DNA of 64,000 nt from an uncultured Atopobiaceae bacterium. GTDB taxonomy: Bacteria > Actinomycetota > Coriobacteriia > Coriobacteriales > Atopobiaceae. Location: assembly GCA_947625235.1 (NCBI GenBank), contig CANQNP010000001.1:6356-70355 (forward strand). The letters run 5' to 3'. The notes under the pieces are model-generated. The model had not been told where the DNA came from. It saw only the letters and a program-made list of their open reading frames with translations, and made no database searches. The stretch's first letter is position 1. Each line of letters begins with the position of its first letter. The position numbers and the translations under genes are program-made. This document shows, piece by piece, positions 47,664 to 57,046 of the stretch.

Positions 47664-48507
47664 CGCGCACCTCCTCCGCCACGCGCTCCTCGGCCGCCTC
47701 GAGGCGATCCGCATCGAGGAGGTGCGCCGCGTAGGCCTCATCGTCCGCGACGGCCTCGCCGGAAGTCTCGGGCACGATGGGGCGATCCGCGTGGAGCGCG
47801 GCAAAGACGCAGCCCGCCGCCACGCCGCACACGGCGCCGACGATGATCGCGGGCTGGTCGAGACCCACGAGCTTCATGAGGACGACCACGGCGGCCGAGA
47901 CCACGCCCACCACGATCGTCGTCGAGGTGAACGAGCGCCCGAAGAGAAGGCAGATGAAGATCGCCGTCATCGCGAACGAGGCGACCGCCGTGGGGATGGC
48001 GAGCGCGCTCCCCACGAGCCCTCCCACGAAGTTCGCCGTGGCCCACGCGCTCATGGAGAGGAGGTTCACGCACGTGGCGTCGGCCGCGTCCCAGGGAGAG
48101 AGCCCGGGCTCCCCCGAGATCAGCGTCGTCTCGTCGCTCTGGGCGAACCGGTCGAGGTTCACCCCGAAGGATTCGTCGGTGACCGTGAGGGCGAAGAGCG
48201 CCGCGAGCCAGCGCTTCACCTTCTGGAACCTCGGGGCGAACGCCGCGGAGTAGAGGAGTTGGCGGAGGTTCACGAAGGAAATGGACGCGGCGATCGCGAG
48301 GATCGGCTGCCCCGCGAGCCAGAGGTTCGAGAGCATGAACTGCCCGGCACCGGAATAGAAGGTGGCCGAGAGGATGAACGCCATCCACGGGGCGATCCCC
48401 ACCTCGGCCTCGAGGATGCCGCAGGGGATGCCGATGGCCACGTAGCCGGCCATGATGGGAGCCGCATAGGGAAGCGCGCGGCGTATGTGGGTGGCGAAGG
48501 TGCTCAT
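47650..48507 (-). CDS. azlC: AzlC-family branched-chain amino acid exporter large subunit
   Basis: 285-aa polytopic ORF (PIMAGYVAIGIPCGIL...SATFYSGAGQFM) paired with azlD. It has an acidic C-terminal tail of about 55 aa. Confidence 0.8.
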   Translation of the reverse strand: MSTFATHIRRALPYAAPIMAGYVAIGIPCGILEAEVGIAPWMAFILSATFYSGAGQFMLSNLWLAGQPILAIAASISFVNLRQLLYSAAFAPRFQKVKRWLAALFALTVTDESFGVNLDRFAQSDETTLISGEPGLSPWDAADATCVNLLSMSAWATANFVGGLVGSALAIPTAVASFAMTAIFICLLFGRSFTSTTIVVGVVSAAVVVLMKLVGLDQPAIIVGAVCGVAAGCVFAALHADRPIVPETSGEAVADDEAYAAHLLDADRLEAAEERVAEEVRDELR

Positions 48508-48559
48508 GGGGCCAAAAGCGTAGCGTTTCCGAGCGCTCGGACGGCCCTCGCGCGGGCGC

Positions 48560-49318
48560 CTATTTTCCGCCCACCCCGAATTCCTCGAGGTAGCGAGATG
48601 CGGAGCGATTCATCTCCGCCGCGAAATCCGAGGCGTACTTGCGATCGTGGAAGGCCCGCACCCACTCCTCGTAGCCCCGCGCACCCACGCGCGAGGCGAG
48701 CATCGCTCGAAGCTCCTCGCCCGAGAGCGGCTGGTAGGCGTCCTCCATGACCACGCACGCAGCCGGCATGCGAAGCGGCTTCGGGCGACGCATCTGCTGC
48801 TCGGTGGGGTAGCCGAAGACGAGCATGACCGCCGGCATCACCTGCGCGGGGAGCTTGAGCAGGGCGCGCATCTCCTCGTGCTGCTCGAGCACGTCGCCGA
48901 TGTAGCAGGAGCCCACCCCCTCGGCCCACGCCGCCACCACGGCGTTTTGCGCGGCGATCGCGGCATCCGCGAAGGAGAGGAGGAGATCGCCCGGACCCGC
49001 GGGGCGCGCGTCGATGCCCGCCTCCTCATAGGCCGCGTGCCATTTCTCGCAATCGGCGACGAAGACGAGCACCATCTTCGCCTTCGCGATGAAGCCCTGG
49101 TGGTCGCAGAGCTCCGCGAGCCTCTCGCGCACCTCCTGGGCCCGCACGTCGATCACGCTGTAGAGCTGCTGGTTTCCCGCCGTGGGAGCCTGGAACGCCG
49201 CCTCGAGGATGCGCGTGCGCACGTCATCGGGAATCTCGCGATCCTCGAACGCGCGCACGCTCTTGCGCGCCACGAGCTCGTCGAATACGGGATGCGTCCC
49301 CCGCGTTTCCTCAGCCAT
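48560..49318 (-). CDS. Nitroreductase-family flavoprotein
   Basis: 252-aa ORF. RKSVRAFEDREIPDD near the N-terminus and a QAPTAGNQQ motif. The start overlaps the folD stop by 8 nt. Confidence 0.8.
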   Translation of the reverse strand: MAEETRGTHPVFDELVARKSVRAFEDREIPDDVRTRILEAAFQAPTAGNQQLYSVIDVRAQEVRERLAELCDHQGFIAKAKMVLVFVADCEKWHAAYEEAGIDARPAGPGDLLLSFADAAIAAQNAVVAAWAEGVGSCYIGDVLEQHEEMRALLKLPAQVMPAVMLVFGYPTEQQMRRPKPLRMPAACVVMEDAYQPLSGEELRAMLASRVGARGYEEWVRAFHDRKYASDFAAEMNRSASRYLEEFGVGGK

Positions 49319-50180
49319 GAGATCCCACCTTCCTTGCGCGCGCCTGCCCTTCTGCGGCGCGTACGACCTGGGAGACGAGCGTGGCGGCCGTCACGACCCC
49401 CACCCCACCGGGCACGGGCGTGAGCGCCTCTGCCACGTCCGCGACGCGAGGCGCCACATCGCCCACGAGCTTGCCACCATCGTCCACGTTGATCCCCACG
49501 TCCACCACCCAGGTGCCCGGCGAGACCATCTGCGGGGTCACGAAGCCGGCCACGCCCACGGCCGAGACGATGAACTCGCTCCGCCGGCAGATGCCCTCGA
49601 GGTCGGGGGTCTTCGAGTGGCAGAGCGTGACCGTGGCATCACGCGAGGTGAGGAGGGCCTGAAGCGGCCGCCCCACCACCGTGGAGCGCCCGAGCACGCA
49701 GCCCACGCGGCCGGCTACGTCGTAGCCGTAGTGGTCGAGCAGTTCGAGGACCGCCTTCGCCGTCGCCGGCGCGAAGGCGTGCGGGTTTCCCGAGAAGAGC
49801 TGCGCGAGCGCGCGCTCCCCCATCGCGTCGACGTCCTTCTCCGGCGCGATGCATCGAGCCGCCTCCTCTTCCGAGAGGCCCTCCGGAAGGGGCCGCATGA
49901 GAAGGATCCCCGATACCTTGGGATCGCGGGAGAGATCGCGAAGGAGGGCGTTGAGCTCGCCTTGCGGCACGTCGTGTGCGATCTCGGCGAGTTCCACCGC
50001 GAGGCCGCACGCCTCCGCGGACCTGGATATACCGCGCAGGTAGGCGGCGTCGGCGTCGTCGTGGCCGACGCGCACGATGAAGAGCCTCACGCCCACGCCC
50101 TCGAGGGCGAGGCGCGCGATTCGCGCCTTCGAGGCGCCATTCAGCGCCTTCGCCACCGGTGCCCCCTTGAGGATGATCAC
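49311..50180 (-). CDS. folD: Bifunctional methylenetetrahydrofolate dehydrogenase / methenyltetrahydrofolate cyclohydrolase
   Basis: C-terminal 289 aa of the fused ORF 49311..50933 (VLGRSTVVGRPLQALLTSRDATVTLCHSKT; PVPGGVGVVT). GTG 50180 gives a GTGA overlap with the upstream stop. Confidence 0.88.
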   Translation of the reverse strand: MIILKGAPVAKALNGASKARIARLALEGVGVRLFIVRVGHDDADAAYLRGISRSAEACGLAVELAEIAHDVPQGELNALLRDLSRDPKVSGILLMRPLPEGLSEEEAARCIAPEKDVDAMGERALAQLFSGNPHAFAPATAKAVLELLDHYGYDVAGRVGCVLGRSTVVGRPLQALLTSRDATVTLCHSKTPDLEGICRRSEFIVSAVGVAGFVTPQMVSPGTWVVDVGINVDDGGKLVGDVAPRVADVAEALTPVPGGVGVVTAATLVSQVVRAAEGQARARKVGSHG

Positions 50181-50821
50181 GAGAGGAGCTCCCTCTCCAC
50201 GCGCGCCCCGATCTCCGCGCTGTAGAGCCGCACGAGCTCGCGCTGGTGCGCCTCGAGGGCCTCGAGGCGGCGCGCGAGGTCCTTGTCCGCCATCCACGAG
50301 GTGTTGGCGAGCACCGTCGCGCTCGCGCCGTTCGCCGCGGCCTCGAGGAGCGCCGCCGCGCAGATGATGTCGCTCTTCGCGAGCGAGCTGCCCTCCCTCG
50401 AGAGCCAATCGAGGTCCTCGAGCGCCTCCCCCGCGCAGGCGAGCATCTCGAAGGGGGCGCGGCACGCCTCCTCGAGCGCGCCGGCGAGCACGCGCGCACG
50501 CTCGGACCTCTCCGCCTCGCTGCCGCGCGGCATCTTCAGGGCCCTCGCCACTTCGGCATAGCCCTGCGCGTCCCTCTCGGCGAGGCCCATGAAGCGCACG
50601 CGCAGGCCACCGAGATGCTCCCACGTGGAGCGCATGTCGGCGTGGACCTCCTCGTAGCGGGGGTTTTGCGCGGTGATGGCCGCCACCATCTGCGCCTGTG
50701 CGCACCCGAGGGCGCCCGCCACCGCCGACGAGGCGCCGCCGCCGGGAGTGGGCTCGGCCGACGCGAGCGCGTCCATGAACTCCTCGAGTCGCTCGGTCCT
50801 CACCTTCGACGTCTTCGCCAT
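50177..50821 (-). CDS. Cyclodeaminase/cyclohydrolase family protein (FTCD C-terminal domain; methenyl-THF cyclohydrolase FchA-like)
   Basis: C-terminal 214 aa of ORF 50177..53056, starting at ATG 50821 (MAKTSKVRTERLEEFMDALASAEPTPGGGASSAVAGALG), the hallmark N-terminus of the family. Confidence 0.8.
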   Translation of the reverse strand: MAKTSKVRTERLEEFMDALASAEPTPGGGASSAVAGALGCAQAQMVAAITAQNPRYEEVHADMRSTWEHLGGLRVRFMGLAERDAQGYAEVARALKMPRGSEAERSERARVLAGALEEACRAPFEMLACAGEALEDLDWLSREGSSLAKSDIICAAALLEAAANGASATVLANTSWMADKDLARRLEALEAHQRELVRLYSAEIGARVERELLS

Positions 50822-50902
50822 GGCGCTCCCCTTCCCGCAAGGTCCCCGTTGCGATTCTAGGGGCGCGCACGCCGCACCGGCACGACGCACTTGCGATAGG
50901 GT

Positions 50903-52822
50903 ATGAGCTTCTGGGAGAACGGCACCCAACCAAGCGGGGGACCAGTGGACGACAAGAAGAAGCGACAGTCGATCATCCTCTACGTGATCCTCGTCATCGC
51001 GATCGTCGTGGCCGTGCGGGCCTTCATCTATCCCGCGGTCACGGGCAACCAGGTGCAAAACGTGGACTACTCCACCTTCATCTCGATGGTGGACGACCAC
51101 GAGGTGGACCAGGTGCAATACAACACCGACAACTCGACCATCCTCTTCACGGGCAAGGGCGATGAGGCCGGCAAGACCTTCCAGACCAACGTCTTCCCCG
51201 GCGACACCGACCTCGTATCGCGCCTCGAGGACGCGGGCGTGACCTTCACGGCCGAGCTTCCCGACGCGGGCTCGAACATGCTCCTCTACCTGCTCATGAT
51301 GTGGGGCCTGCCGCTCCTCTTCATCTTCGGCGGCGGCTACCTCCTGAACCGCCAGCTGAAGAAGTCCATGGGCGACGACCCCACGATGACCTTCGGTGGC
51401 GGCGGGATCGGCAACTTCGGCAAGAGCGGCGCGAAGGTCGTGGCGCAGTCTGAGACCGGCGTGACCTTCAAGGACGTGGCCGGCGAGGACGAGGCGAAGG
51501 ATTCGCTCGCGGAGATCGTGAGCTTCCTCGAGAAGCCGCAGCGCTACGAGGCCATCGGCGCGAAGCTCCCGCGCGGCGCCCTCCTCGTGGGCCCGCCTGG
51601 CACCGGAAAGACGCTCCTCGCGAAGGCCGTGGCCGGCGAGGCGCACGTGCCCTTCTTCTCCATCTCGGGCTCGGAGTTCGTGGAGATGTTCGTGGGACGC
51701 GGCGCGGCGAAGGTGCGCGACCTCTTCAAGCAGGCGAACGAGAAGGCCCCCTGCATCGTCTTCATCGACGAGATCGACACGGTGGGCAAGCGCCGCGACG
51801 CCGGCCTCACCACCAACGACGAGCGCGAGCAGACGCTGAACCAGCTCCTCACCGAGATGGACGGCTTCGACAACCACAAGGGCATCGTGGTCATCGGCGC
51901 CACGAACCGTCCCGACACGCTCGACCCGGCGCTGCTGCGCCCCGGGCGCTTCGACCGTCGCATCCCGGTGGAGCTCCCCGACCTCGCGGGCAGGAAGGCG
52001 ATCCTTGCCCTCCACGCCCACGACGTGAAGATGGATCCGGGCCTCGACCTCGACGTCATCGCGCGCTCCACGCCCGGTGCCTCGGGCGCGGACCTCGCGA
52101 ACATCATCAACGAGGCGGCGCTTCGCGCGGTGCGCATGGGCAGGAACCGCGTCTCGCAGGAGGACCTCCAGGAATCGGTGGAGGTCGTCATCGCCGGCGA
52201 GCAGCGCAAGTCCACGGTGCTCTCCGAGAAGGAGAAGAAGCTCGTGGCCTACCACGAGATCGGCCACGCCATCGTCGCCGCCATCCAGCGCGGCGAGGCG
52301 CCGGTGCAAAAGATCACCATCGTGCCGCGCACCTCCGGCGCCCTCGGCTACACGATGCAGGTGGAGGAGGACGAGCACTTCCTCACCACGAAGACCGAGG
52401 CTCTGAACCAGATCGCCGTCCTCTGCGGCGGCCGCAGCGCCGAGGAGATCATCTTCCACGACGTCACCACCGGCGCCGCGAACGACATCGAGCGCGCCAC
52501 GCAGCTCGCGAGGAACATGGTCACGCAATACGGCATGTCCGATGAGTTCGGCCCCGTGGCGCTCGGCACGGTACAGAACCGCTACCTGAACAGCACCGCC
52601 ACCCTCACCGTCGCCGATGGCACCGCGGAGCGCATCGACCAGGTGGTCCACGACATCGTGGAGAGCTGCCACCAGACGGCCATCCGGATCCTTCGCGAGA
52701 ACCAGTTCAAGCTCCATGAGCTCGCGCGCTACCTCCAGGTGAAGGAAACCATCACGGGCGAGGAGTTCATGCGGATCTTCGCGCGCGACAACGACCTCCT
52801 CCCGAAGCCCGCCCAGGACTAG
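50903..52822 (+). CDS. ftsH: ATP-dependent zinc metalloprotease FtsH
   Basis: 639-aa ORF with two TM segments, Walker [12 protein letters not shown], and zinc motif HEIGHAI. There is no clear SD at ATG 50903. An in-frame GTG at 50945 with GGGGGA upstream is an alternative start. Confidence 0.95.
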   Translation: MSFWENGTQPSGGPVDDKKKRQSIILYVILVIAIVVAVRAFIYPAVTGNQVQNVDYSTFISMVDDHEVDQVQYNTDNSTILFTGKGDEAGKTFQTNVFPGDTDLVSRLEDAGVTFTAELPDAGSNMLLYLLMMWGLPLLFIFGGGYLLNRQLKKSMGDDPTMTFGGGGIGNFGKSGAKVVAQSETGVTFKDVAGEDEAKDSLAEIVSFLEKPQRYEAIGAKLPRGALLVGPPGTGKTLLAKAVAGEAHVPFFSISGSEFVEMFVGRGAAKVRDLFKQANEKAPCIVFIDEIDTVGKRRDAGLTTNDEREQTLNQLLTEMDGFDNHKGIVVIGATNRPDTLDPALLRPGRFDRRIPVELPDLAGRKAILALHAHDVKMDPGLDLDVIARSTPGASGADLANIINEAALRAVRMGRNRVSQEDLQESVEVVIAGEQRKSTVLSEKEKKLVAYHEIGHAIVAAIQRGEAPVQKITIVPRTSGALGYTMQVEEDEHFLTTKTEALNQIAVLCGGRSAEEIIFHDVTTGAANDIERATQLARNMVTQYGMSDEFGPVALGTVQNRYLNSTATLTVADGTAERIDQVVHDIVESCHQTAIRILRENQFKLHELARYLQVKETITGEEFMRIFARDNDLLPKPAQD

Positions 52823-52959
52823 GACGAGGGCTCTCCTCGCCTTCTCCACCTCGTTTGGAAATGTCTTGATCGAGGCGCGCTCTCCTCGGGTAGACGCGCC
52901 ATAGCCGCTACCATTGATCGCTTGGACGAGGCGTTTAGGCAGTGCGGAAGGGAGGTGCC

Positions 52960-54627
52960 ATGTCCGAGGACGAAAGCGCGCGCACGCGCGCGACCGAGGG
53001 GGGAAAGCCCACCGAGAAGGGCGCGACGGGCGTCCACCATGCCCGGCACATGGCACCCAAGGGCGCCAAGGGAACGCCGAACACGCGGGGTGATCGCGAG
53101 GACGCGAAGCGCGACGAGAGCGCCTCCGACGAAACCGTCGTCGCGCCCCTTCCGGCTTCCGGCGTCTCCGCGTCCGCCCCGGCAGATGAGCCGAAGGGGC
53201 ACCGCCCCTCCAAGAAGGCCGTCTTCGCCATCGTGGGCGGAGGCGTCGCGGCGCTCGTCGCCGTCTACGTGGGCGTCGCGCTCTTCTTCGCGAACACCTT
53301 CATGCCGAACACCACGGTGGACGGGCGCGACGTGTCGCTCATGAGCAGGCAAGCGCTCATCGACGCGCTCAACCAGAGTTCCATCGACTACTCGCTCGCC
53401 GTCACCGGCGACGGCGTGGATTTCACCGTCGAGGGGGCCGACATCGGCCTCGGCGTCGACGGCGAGGCCTACGCGGACGAGGCGCTCGACGCCACCGACC
53501 CATGGAGTTGGCCCGTCGGCGTCTGGCAGGCGCGCACGCTCACCTCCGAGCTCGGCCAGAGCTACGACCAAGACCAGCTCGCCACCATCGTGGGCGAGCA
53601 CGTCTCCTCCGCAAACGAGAAGGCCAAGGAGCCCGCGAACGCCACGATCGTCTATCGCGACGAGGAGGACCGCTTCGCGATCCAGCCCGAGGAGATGGGG
53701 ACGCTCCTCGACGAGGAGGCCGTGCTCGCGAACGTGTCGAGCTCCATCGACGCGTTCGCGGACACCCTCGTGCTCGACGAGACCGTGCTCGCGAAGCCGG
53801 AGATCACCTCCGACAACGAGCGGCTCGTCGCCGCGCAGGCACAGGCGAACAGCTACCTCGCCACGGAGGTCACCCTCAAGATGAACGGCGAGGTGGCCGA
53901 GGTCATCGGGCCCGATCGCGTGAAGGATTGGGTGGTGGTCGACGATTCGCTCAACCCCACGCTCGACGAGGCCGCCATCACCGAGTGGGGCAAGGGCGAC
54001 CTCTCGAGCCGCCTCGACACGATCAACCGCGAGCGCACCTACACGCGCGCCGACGGCAAGGTGGTCAACGTGAGCGGCGGCTCCTACGGTTGGTCGATCG
54101 ATTCCGCCTCGCTCACGCCGCTCGTGGTGGACGCGGTCATGAGCGGCGAGAGCCAGGAGGTGGACGTCCCGATCCTCCAATCCGCGGACACGGTGCCCGA
54201 CGAGGGCGGGCGCGATTGGGGCAATCGCTACATCGACGTCGACCTCTCCGAGCAGTACGTGCGCATGTACGGCGACGACGGCTCGCTCATCTGGGAATCG
54301 CCCTGCGTCTCGGGCGATGTGTCGAAGAACCACCACACGCCCACCGGCGTGTGGTACATCGACGCCAACTTCAACAAGAACTACCCCGCCGCCACGCTCA
54401 TCGGCTACAAGCCCGACGGCACGAAGGACTATGAATCCAAGGTGCGCTACTGGATGCCCTTCATCGGCAACTCCGTAGGGCTCCACGACGCGGATTGGCG
54501 AAGCAGCTTCGGCGGCTCGATCAACCAGTACAACGGCTCGCACGGCTGCGTGAACCTGCCGGTCTCCGCCGCGGGCGAGCTCTGCGAGATCGTGCGCCAA
54601 GGCGACGTCGTCGTCACGCACTACTAG
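52960..54627 (+). CDS. L,D-transpeptidase (YkuD domain) with an N-terminal membrane anchor and a long spacer / PG_binding_4-like region
   Basis: ORF 52942..54627. ATG 52960 has GGGAGG 4 nt upstream. TM segment AVFAIVGGGVAALVAVYVGVALFF. The C-terminal catalytic motif is GLHDA....SHGCVNL. Confidence 0.88.
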   Translation: MSEDESARTRATEGGKPTEKGATGVHHARHMAPKGAKGTPNTRGDREDAKRDESASDETVVAPLPASGVSASAPADEPKGHRPSKKAVFAIVGGGVAALVAVYVGVALFFANTFMPNTTVDGRDVSLMSRQALIDALNQSSIDYSLAVTGDGVDFTVEGADIGLGVDGEAYADEALDATDPWSWPVGVWQARTLTSELGQSYDQDQLATIVGEHVSSANEKAKEPANATIVYRDEEDRFAIQPEEMGTLLDEEAVLANVSSSIDAFADTLVLDETVLAKPEITSDNERLVAAQAQANSYLATEVTLKMNGEVAEVIGPDRVKDWVVVDDSLNPTLDEAAITEWGKGDLSSRLDTINRERTYTRADGKVVNVSGGSYGWSIDSASLTPLVVDAVMSGESQEVDVPILQSADTVPDEGGRDWGNRYIDVDLSEQYVRMYGDDGSLIWESPCVSGDVSKNHHTPTGVWYIDANFNKNYPAATLIGYKPDGTKDYESKVRYWMPFIGNSVGLHDADWRSSFGGSINQYNGSHGCVNLPVSAAGELCEIVRQGDVVVTHY

Positions 54628-54699
54628 CCGCTCGCGCGCCGCGCACCCGCGTGGCTCCCCTTGCGAGGGACCCTCGCACTCGCGCGCGACGTCACGCCC

Positions 54700-56121
54700 C
54701 TAGCGGCGCTTGCGCCCCTTCCTCGCCTGCATGCGACGCTGCGCGCGGTTGCCGCCCGCGGGAGCTCCCTGGTTCTTCATCTGCGCGGCCATCTGCTTCA
54801 TGGCGCGCGGCGAGAGCTGCCCGTTGTTTTGGAGGGCGCGGAGCTTCCCCATCATCGCGTTCATCTCGTCCCACTGGCGGATGAGCTGGTTCACCTCCTG
54901 CACGGAGCGGCCGGAGCCCTTCGCGATGCGGGCGCGACGCATGCCGTTGATGATCTTCGGCCGGGCGCGCTCCTGCGGCGTCATCGAGAAGATCATGGCC
55001 TCCATGCGGCCCACGACTCCCTCGTCGATGCCGTCGGGCAGCTGGCCCATGAGGCGCTCGCCGCCGGGGAGCATGCCGAGGATCTTGCCGAGCCCGCCCA
55101 TCTTCCGGATGGTGTTCACCTGCTTCAGCATGTCGTCCATGGTGAAGCCCTCGTTGAGCATGCGCTCCGCGTCCGCCATGGCCTCGGCGTCGGCGAGCTC
55201 CTCCGCGCGCTCGATGATGCCCACGACGTCGCCCATGCCGAGGATGCGCTTGGCCATGCGATCGGGGTGGAAGACCTCGAGCGCATCGGGCTTCTCGCCG
55301 GTGGAGACGAACTTGATGGGCTTGCCCGTGACCTCGCGCACGCTGAGCGCGCCGCCGCCTCGCGCGTCGCCATCGAGCTTCGACATGATGACGCCGTCGA
55401 AGTCCGTCTTCTCGGCAAACTCGGAGACGACGTTCACGATGTCCTGGCCGGCCATGGCGTCGACGACCATGAGCACCTGGTCGGGCCTCACGGCGTTCTT
55501 GATGGCCACGGCCTCGGCCATCATCACCTCGTCGATCTGCAGGCGCCCCGCGGTGTCGATGATGACGACCGTCGCGTCCTCGCCCGCCGCGGCGGCGATG
55601 GCGCCCTTGGCGATGCCCACGGGATCCGTGCGATCGCCGGTGAAGACGGGCACGCCCACCTCGGAGCCGAGGGTCTCGAGCTGGTCGATCGCCGCGGGAC
55701 GGTAGACGTCGCATGCGGCGAGGAGCGGGCGCTGCCCCTGCTTCTTCAGGAGGTAGGCGAGCTTGGCGGCCGCCGTCGTCTTGCCCGAACCCTGGAGGCC
55801 GACGAGCATGATGGAATTCGGATGGCGATTCGGCGCGAGGGTGAGCGCCGATTCGGTGGAGCCGAGGAGCTGGGTGAGCTCCTCGAGGACCACGCGGACG
55901 ACGTTTTGCGCGGGCGTGAGGGAATCGAGCACGTCGGCGGCGAGGCAGCGCTCCTTGCACGCGGCGACGAAGCGCTTCACCACGCGGAAGTTCACGTCGG
56001 CCTCGAGGAGCGCGAGGCGGATCTCGCGCATGGCGACGTTGATGTCGTCCTCGGTGAGGCGACCCTTGCCCTTCAGGCGATCGAACGTGTCCTGCAGGCG
56101 GTCCTGAAGCGAATTGAACAC
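54700..56121 (-). CDS. ffh: Signal recognition particle protein Ffh
   Basis: ORF 54700..56547. Start moved to GTG 56121 (VFNSLQDRLQDTFDRLKGKG), which has AAAGGAA upstream. GLQGSGKTT and DTAGR motifs, a Met-rich M domain and a basic tail. Confidence 0.93.
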   Translation of the reverse strand: MFNSLQDRLQDTFDRLKGKGRLTEDDINVAMREIRLALLEADVNFRVVKRFVAACKERCLAADVLDSLTPAQNVVRVVLEELTQLLGSTESALTLAPNRHPNSIMLVGLQGSGKTTAAAKLAYLLKKQGQRPLLAACDVYRPAAIDQLETLGSEVGVPVFTGDRTDPVGIAKGAIAAAAGEDATVVIIDTAGRLQIDEVMMAEAVAIKNAVRPDQVLMVVDAMAGQDIVNVVSEFAEKTDFDGVIMSKLDGDARGGGALSVREVTGKPIKFVSTGEKPDALEVFHPDRMAKRILGMGDVVGIIERAEELADAEAMADAERMLNEGFTMDDMLKQVNTIRKMGGLGKILGMLPGGERLMGQLPDGIDEGVVGRMEAMIFSMTPQERARPKIINGMRRARIAKGSGRSVQEVNQLIRQWDEMNAMMGKLRALQNNGQLSPRAMKQMAAQMKNQGAPAGGNRAQRRMQARKGRKRR

Positions 56122-56138
56122 CTGAGATTCCTTTCGAG

Positions 56139-57044
56139 CTACGTGAGAGAACCGTCCCCCACGAGCGCCGTCGCGAAGTCGTGGGCGTCGAAGCGCTGGA
56201 AGTCCTCGATCGATTCGCCGACTCCGATGCGATAGATAGGCAGCGCGAGCGTATGGGAGATGGCGACGGCGATGCCGCCCTTGGCCGTGCCGTCGAGCTT
56301 CGTGATGATGAGCCCGTCGAGCTCGAGCGCGTCGTTGAACTCCTTGGCCTGCGAGAGCCCGTTTTGCCCGGTCGTGGCATCCACCACGAGGACCACGTGC
56401 ACGGGGATCCGCGAGCGCTTCCGCGTGACGGAGACGACCTTCTGAAGCTCGCGCATGAGGTCCTTGGAGGTGTGGAGGCGCCCCGCGGTGTCGATGAGCA
56501 CGAGGTTCGCGCCGATGCGCTCGGCCTCCTCGATGACGTCGTAGCACACGCTCGCGGGGTCGGCGCCGCGCGGGCGGCTGATGATGGGCACGTGCGCGCG
56601 ATCCGCCCAGATCTCGAGCTGCTCCAGCGCCGCCGCGCGGAAGGTGTCGCCGCAGCCGATGATCACCTTGGCGCCGTCAAGCTTGCCGGCGTTGGCGAGC
56701 TTGCCCACGGTCGTGGTCTTGCCCGCGCCGTTGATGCCCACGAAGAGCACGCACGAGGGTCGCGCGTCGAAGGGATCGCTCGTCGCCGGGGTGAATTCCT
56801 CCGCGAGGCGGTTGATGAGCGCCGCGCGCAGCTGGCGGGCCGTGGAGAGGCCCTTGCGAGCGGCCTCGTCGCGAAGGTCGTCCACCACCGAGAGCGCCAC
56901 CTCGGCGCCGAGGTCGCCCATCACGAGCGTGTCCTCGAGGTCTTCCCAGAAGTCCTCGTCCACCTCGCCACCGAAGTAGAAGATCTCGTTCAGTGCCTCG
57001 CGGGAGCGCGCAAGGCCCCTCTTGAGGCGGTCGAGGAACGCCAT
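56139..57044 (-). CDS. ftsY: Signal recognition particle receptor FtsY (short form, NG domain only)
   Basis: 301-aa ORF with GINGAGKTT, DTAGR and TKLDGTAKGG motifs. Confidence 0.93.
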   Translation of the reverse strand: MAFLDRLKRGLARSREALNEIFYFGGEVDEDFWEDLEDTLVMGDLGAEVALSVVDDLRDEAARKGLSTARQLRAALINRLAEEFTPATSDPFDARPSCVLFVGINGAGKTTTVGKLANAGKLDGAKVIIGCGDTFRAAALEQLEIWADRAHVPIISRPRGADPASVCYDVIEEAERIGANLVLIDTAGRLHTSKDLMRELQKVVSVTRKRSRIPVHVVLVVDATTGQNGLSQAKEFNDALELDGLIITKLDGTAKGGIAVAISHTLALPIYRIGVGESIEDFQRFDAHDFATALVGDGSLT

Positions 57045-57046
57045 GG

